The notes under the pieces: model-generated
What the model saw: the letters and a program-made list of their open reading frames with translations, nothing else
Told to the model about the DNA's origin: nothing
The model's database searches: none
Program-made: the position numbers and the translations under genes
DNA from: Abditibacteriaceae bacterium
GTDB lineage: Bacteria; Armatimonadota; Abditibacteriia; Abditibacteriales; Abditibacteriaceae
Reading direction: 5' to 3'
DNA: 64,000 nt
NCBI GenBank assembly: GCA_965277285.1
Contig: OZ255721.1
Coordinates: forward strand, 3,424,001 to 3,488,000
Shown here: positions 59,649-64,000 of the stretch, piece by piece
Position numbering within the stretch: position 1 is the first letter of the stretch
How the letters are laid out: every line of letters begins with the position of its first letter

Positions 59649-60137
59649 ATGACATCTCTTTATCTCGATCCGAAAACAACCCTTTTTGACACCGCGCCTG
59701 ATGGCACGATGCGCGTTATTGTTCCCGATGACCGTTGCAGCTTGCAAGTGCAGGCTTTGCGCGCGTTTCCGCTTTCGCACAGCGAAGAACACATCGTTTT
59801 GCGCGATGGCGCGAACAAAGAAGTCGGCCTTTTGCGCGACCTGGAAAGTTTGCCGGAAAGCGCGCGCGAAATGGTGCGCGCTCAACTGCATCGTCGCTAT
59901 TTTTTGCCGAAAATCTTGAAAATTCACAGCGTCCTCGAGCGTTTCGGGACGACGCAATGGGATTTGGACACCGACCGCGGGCGCCGCGAAGTCACCACCA
60001 AACCGATCAACGACGCGCTTTTTGAAATGTCGCCCGGTCGCTATTTCATCACCGACAACGAAAACAATCGTTACGAAATCCAGAACTTGAGCGCGCTCGA
60101 TGAAACCAGTCGCGCGCTGTTTTTAGGTAAGGGCTGA
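59649..60137 (+). CDS. DUF1854-family protein
   Basis: RAFPLS, L.RRYFLPKI, WDLDTDRG and ITD..NRYEI..LD..SR; follows the ABC exporter. Confidence 0.85.
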   Translation: MTSLYLDPKTTLFDTAPDGTMRVIVPDDRCSLQVQALRAFPLSHSEEHIVLRDGANKEVGLLRDLESLPESAREMVRAQLHRRYFLPKILKIHSVLERFGTTQWDLDTDRGRREVTTKPINDALFEMSPGRYFITDNENNRYEIQNLSALDETSRALFLGKG

Positions 60138-60145
60138 GCAAATTT

Positions 60146-60562
60146 ATGACTTACGAAGAAAGTCTTGATTTGTACGGCTTAGTGCCAGCTGATGAATCGC
60201 TGCCAGCGATTCGGCAAATGTTGGCGAATGAAGCAGAACTCGAACGCTGTGGTGGCGAACGTGAGGAAGAATTAGCTCTTTTGTGCTGCGTTCAGTTGTT
60301 CAGTCGGGGTTATCTTGAAGATGTGCTGCGGATATGGGAAGCAAAACAATCGGGATTCGATCTGGCTTGCTATCTCGATGTTCAGTTTCTTTGTGGAGCA
60401 GGTTTAGGAGAAACAAAGAAATTCCTCCAGCAACAATCGTCTTCGCAAGCAGCTAAAGCTCTGGAATATCTTGCAAAATGCGAAGCGTCTAGCGACTTCA
60501 AAAACTGGTCGCCGACAATTCAACTTGAGAACTACCAACATTATTTTGGTGTAACAAATTGA
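60146..60562 (+). CDS. Orphan hypothetical protein
   Basis: 138-aa ORF with AT-richer codons (IWEAKQSGFD, DVQFLCGAG). Confidence 0.7.
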   Translation: MTYEESLDLYGLVPADESLPAIRQMLANEAELERCGGEREEELALLCCVQLFSRGYLEDVLRIWEAKQSGFDLACYLDVQFLCGAGLGETKKFLQQQSSSQAAKALEYLAKCEASSDFKNWSPTIQLENYQHYFGVTN

Positions 60563-60602
60563 ATCGAGTACTCAATCTATGAGACTCCGAGGAGCAGCGA
60601 TA

Positions 60603-60884
60603 ATGACAATTTCTTATGAACCGATGAGCGATGTTTTGACGATCACGATAGCGGCTGCGCCCGTCGCGCAAAGCCAGGTGCAAGGCACGATTGCGGTCAG
60701 CTTCGACGCGACGGGCGCACCGGTTTCCATCGCGATTCCGCAAGCCAGCACGCTTTTGTGGGAACACGGCGGCCAGGTCAGCGTAATGTTGCCGCAAGCG
60801 ACGCAAACAGTCGTCACGCAAATTGTCGAGCAACCCGTTTTACCGACAACGCAAACAGTTGTGACGCGCGTTATCGAAGGATAA
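60603..60884 (+). CDS. DUF2283-like small protein
   Basis: MTISYEPMSDVLTITI..FDATGAPVSIAI..AS; GGAGGAG RBS. Confidence 0.7.
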   Translation: MTISYEPMSDVLTITIAAAPVAQSQVQGTIAVSFDATGAPVSIAIPQASTLLWEHGGQVSVMLPQATQTVVTQIVEQPVLPTTQTVVTRVIEG

Positions 60885-60887
60885 ACG

Positions 60888-61319
60888 ATGTTTCGCGGAA
60901 AACGCAGCACGACGAAAAGAACTCTGGCGTTTCTTGTTTTGCTCGTCGCGTGTTGTGGTGGCGTCCTTTGGTTTGGCGCGACGCGCAACCAAAGTATTAT
61001 CCGCTTGAACGATCCGCACACTGCGCAAGCCGAAGTGTTGAAACATATTCCAATTGGCAGCGATATTCGACAGGCTGAAAGCGTGCTGGAGAAAAGCGGC
61101 TTTGAATGCGTGTTTTTGGAACATAATAAGTATGGCTCTAGCCGAGCCAATAATTTTGCGCTTGCTCAGCAAACTTTGAAAAATCCGCAGTTGTGGGGCA
61201 GAAAAAATGTCACCTGGCTTGGCATTCCAACGAGCTACTGGAGTGTGACAATCGGTTACAAAAATCTGCGTGTGACACACGTCTATGCCAGCAATACAGC
61301 CGTTGGCTTCAATTTGTAA
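60888..61319 (+). CDS. Hypothetical exported or membrane-anchored protein
   Basis: Basic N-terminus plus TM, 143 aa. Confidence 0.65.
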   Translation: MFRGKRSTTKRTLAFLVLLVACCGGVLWFGATRNQSIIRLNDPHTAQAEVLKHIPIGSDIRQAESVLEKSGFECVFLEHNKYGSSRANNFALAQQTLKNPQLWGRKNVTWLGIPTSYWSVTIGYKNLRVTHVYASNTAVGFNL

Positions 61320-61361
61320 GTTCAGCGTCGTTTCTCTTCCCTTGTTATAATTCTTTTGCTT

Positions 61362-61928
61362 ATGAATCGTTTGCGCCGCGACAAATTGGTTTCTGCCACA
61401 TCGAGTACTCGAAACTCGACGCGTTCGTCGTGGCCGCGTGGCGCGAGCGCGTTGTTGGCGACGGCGATGTTGTTGCTGGCGTTTGCGCCGTTTCAAAGCG
61501 CTGCAAATGCCGATTCGCTGAAACAATGGAATGTGCAATGGGCGCACATTTCTTCGACACTGGTATCTTCGCTGGGCGCGACCGATGAAGTTCAATCGCG
61601 CGCGCAAGGCGAACAATTGTTTCGCTGGATGCAAAGCCGCGCCGCATCATTCGAGAATCCGCAAACGTTGTCTGTCACGCAAGTCGCCGCGTTGCTTGAT
61701 GAATGGCAGCAAACGCAGCGCGGACAAATTGTTGTTACAAAGTTCGCATCAACCACGCGACAACGCCAATCGAGTATTCGATATGGTGCGTCTTCAGTTG
61801 CGTTGCTTCCTGCAAATGCACAAAGCGTTTCGTTGCCGCTCAAGTCGCAGCGTTTAGCGCAACTTTCCCTTTCTTCTCATGCCGCCGCGAAACTTTCCGG
61901 CGTGCGCACCAATCGTCGTCACGAATAG
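61362..61928 (+). CDS. Hypothetical exported protein
   Basis: Signal-like ALLATAMLLLAFAP..ANA; TGTTATAAT extended -10 element at 61343-61351. Confidence 0.55.
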   Translation: MNRLRRDKLVSATSSTRNSTRSSWPRGASALLATAMLLLAFAPFQSAANADSLKQWNVQWAHISSTLVSSLGATDEVQSRAQGEQLFRWMQSRAASFENPQTLSVTQVAALLDEWQQTQRGQIVVTKFASTTRQRQSSIRYGASSVALLPANAQSVSLPLKSQRLAQLSLSSHAAAKLSGVRTNRRHE

Positions 61929-62006
61929 AAATCGGTAGTCGGTGTTCAGTATTCGGCGGTCAGATTTAACCGCCGACGTTGAGCATTGGCTTTTTGCCGT
62001 TTGGAA

Positions 62007-62083
62007 AAACAGAACCCCAAGCGTAAGCGCGGGGCTGAAGTTACGTCTACGTTAGCCCCGCGCTTACGCTTGGGGTTCTGTTT
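62007..62083. repeat. REP-like inverted repeat, family A (subtype 2)
   Basis: aaacagaaccccaagcgtaagcgcggggct ... agccccgcgcttacgcttggggttctgttt. Confidence 0.9.
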
Positions 62084-62136
62084 AGATATAAAACCAACCA
62101 TAAACTGCGAGAACTTTCTCGCTTGGAGTCACAACG

Positions 62137-64000
62137 ATGTTGAACCTCAAACACTTGTTCGGCGGTAAGCCGAAAGATGAAGACACAAAAGCAGGCGCCG
62201 TCCAATTAGCGCCCGGACAGCAAGCGCCCGGAATCGCCGGGGCGGTCGCCAAATTGTTCGACAAGAACGAAAAAGAAGTCGCCAAATTGCGCCCGATGGT
62301 TGAGCGCGTCAACGCTCTGGCTGCCGAACTCAAAGCCTTGTCCGATGAAGAACTGAAAGAACGCTCACAACAATTGCGCGAGCGTTTCAAAGAATTGGTG
62401 ACGCAAAAGCTGTCGAAATCGCGCGACGCGCAGAGCGAAGCGTTCGGTTGGCAGGAACTCGAAACCGAAATGGACTGGAGCGACGAATATCATCGCGCTC
62501 GCAAGGCCGCAGAAAAAGAAACATTGGATGAACTGCTGCCCGAAGCTTTTGCCCTGACGCGCGAAGCCGGCGACCGCACGATTGGCCTGCGACATTTCGA
62601 TGTGCAGCTCATTGGTGGCGCGGTTTTGCACAGCGGACGCATCGCCGAAATGCGCACCGGCGAAGGGAAAACTCTCGTCGCCACCTTGCCGACGTATCTC
62701 AATTCGCTTTCGGGGCGCGGCGTTCACGTCGTCACGGTCAACGATTATCTGGCCGAGCGCGACGCCAACTGGATGCGCCCGATTTACGAATTCTTAGGCT
62801 TGTCGGTCGCGTTTTTGACCAACGATATGGACAGCGAAGCGCGCAAACCGGCTTATGCCTGCGACGTTTTGTATGGCACCAACAGCGAGTTCGGTTTCGA
62901 TTATCTGCGCGATAACATGGCGCGCACAGCCGAAGATGTCGTGCAGCGCGCGCTCAACTTTGCGATGGTCGATGAAGTCGATAACATCTTGATTGACGAA
63001 GCGCGCACGCCGCTGATTATTGCGGGGCAGGTCGCCAAAACCGACCGCGCTTTGCGACGCCAGCAAATGGCGAAAATCTGCGACGGACTGGCGCGTAATT
63101 TAATGCCCGCCGTGACCGACCGCGAAATAGAAAACCTGCAAGATGCCGTGACGGAGCGCGGGCGCATCGACATCGACGCTTTGATGAACGAGATTTTGCA
63201 ACGCGGCGCCTTTGAAGCGGCGGCGCGGCACCTCATCGAATCGTATTTGATTGGCGAACGCAGCGCGCGCGTGGAAAACGCTTCTCATTTGCTTGATGTC
63301 GCAATCGAGTACTCGAAAGACGGCCTGATCGACGAAACAGGCCGCGCGCATTTGCAGAATATCGCGGTTCAAGCGGTTCATCCCGACCGTTTGCGCGACG
63401 CCTGGACAAGTGAAATCGCGCGCTTGAGCGAACCTTTTGCGCAAGCGTACGCGTTCAATATGGACGAAGGCAACGCGCGTGCGCTGGCGATGTCGCTCGA
63501 TCAAGGCGACGATGCGACGACCGAATTCGCGCCGCGTCTGGATGACACACAAGAAAAAACGCCGGTTGTGGCGCAGATTGTGGCCGAAGAAATGGCGCGT
63601 CGCAACCTGGTGTCGGAAGGCGCCGTTGATGCCGTCGCAGCCGCCTTGTTGAGCGCCGGAAGTTCGCCTCAAGCGGTTCACTCAGCGTTGATGGAAGCGG
63701 TTTTGGCATCGCCCGGCGGCGTGCAGGAAGCGGACGCCTTGTTGCACGAAGCCGTCGCGGAAAGCGGTGCCATTGACGGCATCAAAAACGAAGAAAGCGC
63801 GCGTCGCATCATCGGTGCGTTGGAAGAGATTTCGCTGCGCGGATTGTTGCCGTTTGAAACTGGCGAGCGTTTGTGGGAGTCGGTGAAGTTGACGCAAGGC
63901 CGCGACGCGTTGCGCCAGGAAATCGCGCGCACCGTGCAGCAACATCCGGGCGCGACGGCGCAGCAAATCGCGCAACTGGCGAATGAGTACTCGAATCAGC
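62137..64000 (+). CDS. secA: Preprotein translocase ATPase SecA (3'-partial) with a large insertion
   Basis: Absent from the ORF track because it is open-ended. Manual translation gives [44 protein letters not shown] and [18 protein letters not shown]. Confidence 0.96.
   Translation, partial: MLNLKHLFGGKPKDEDTKAGAVQLAPGQQAPGIAGAVAKLFDKNEKEVAKLRPMVERVNALAAELKALSDEELKERSQQLRERFKELVTQKLSKSRDAQSEAFGWQELETEMDWSDEYHRARKAAEKETLDELLPEAFALTREAGDRTIGLRHFDVQLIGGAVLHSGRIAEMRTGEGKTLVATLPTYLNSLSGRGVHVVTVNDYLAERDANWMRPIYEFLGLSVAFLTNDMDSEARKPAYACDVLYGTNSEFGFDYLRDNMARTAEDVVQRALNFAMVDEVDNILIDEARTPLIIAGQVAKTDRALRRQQMAKICDGLARNLMPAVTDREIENLQDAVTERGRIDIDALMNEILQRGAFEAAARHLIESYLIGERSARVENASHLLDVAIEYSKDGLIDETGRAHLQNIAVQAVHPDRLRDAWTSEIARLSEPFAQAYAFNMDEGNARALAMSLDQGDDATTEFAPRLDDTQEKTPVVAQIVAEEMARRNLVSEGAVDAVAAALLSAGSSPQAVHSALMEAVLASPGGVQEADALLHEAVAESGAIDGIKNEESARRIIGALEEISLRGLLPFETGERLWESVKLTQGRDALRQEIARTVQQHPGATAQQIAQLANEYSNQ

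Larger units (their letters stand above)
15..63316. repeat. Highly iterated 12-bp palindrome TCGAGTACTCGA, dispersed (about 50 exact copies)
   Basis: Exact copies start at 15, 1402, 2026, 3525, 4332, 5611, 7791, 10913, 11696, 12510, 14982, 16828, 18882, 20026, 21257, 22362, 23646, 25156, 26024, 27531, 28684, 29159, 30316, 31935, 33087, 35108, 36489, 36726, 40423, 40854, 41480, 42198, 42632, 43364, 44010, 44869, 45556, 46920, 48301, 49236, 50929, 52224, 52989, 54052, 56264, 56538, 57387, 58592, 61401 and 63305. Confidence 0.98.

Noticed and set aside
15..63316. The 12-bp repeats as a CRISPR array
   Set aside because: The repeats are too short, about 1 kb apart and often inside genes; no cas genes are present.
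15..63316. The palindrome as a linker, adaptor or assembly artefact
   Set aside because: Reading frames and conserved protein motifs continue through the copies, degenerate variants exist, and some copies are integral to hairpins. Raw reads would settle it fully.
15..63316. The palindrome as an ordinary transcription-factor operator or parS site
   Set aside because: The density is far too high and half the copies are intragenic; the sequence does not match the canonical parS consensus.
63030..64000. The SecA insertion as an intein
   Set aside because: No Cys/Ser-initiated splicing block or LAGLIDADG motif is visible in the part within the window.

Overview
A 64-kb bacterial chromosomal segment with about 55 genes. 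Most are housekeeping or metabolic: dnaG, sthA, pckG, mltG, ruvX, amtB, yebC, mazG, secA, an Hsp70/GrpE/J-like trio, several two-component proteins and an ECF sigma factor. Small orphan genes are interspersed. The gene style, including a DUF1559 prepilin with an H-X9-DG motif, suggests Armatimonadota/Abditibacteriota (inference). The main signal is the 12-bp perfect palindrome TCGAGTACTCGA, which I found by eye in about 50 exact and about 19 one-mismatch copies, roughly one per 0.9 kb. It lies inside genes in all three frames (SSTR, EYS and RVL peptides), at start codons and at the centre of terminators, and it forms direct repeats around at least two orphan genes. This resembles a new highly iterated palindrome (HIP1-like) system, possibly linked to gene insertion. 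Also notable are a SecA with an insertion of about 300 aa or more, a lid-less Hsp70 with an HPD-less membrane J-like partner, and at least five families of intergenic inverted repeats. I saw no rRNA, tRNA, CRISPR array, transposase or prophage. All counts and family calls are by eye or from motif recall, not from database searches.
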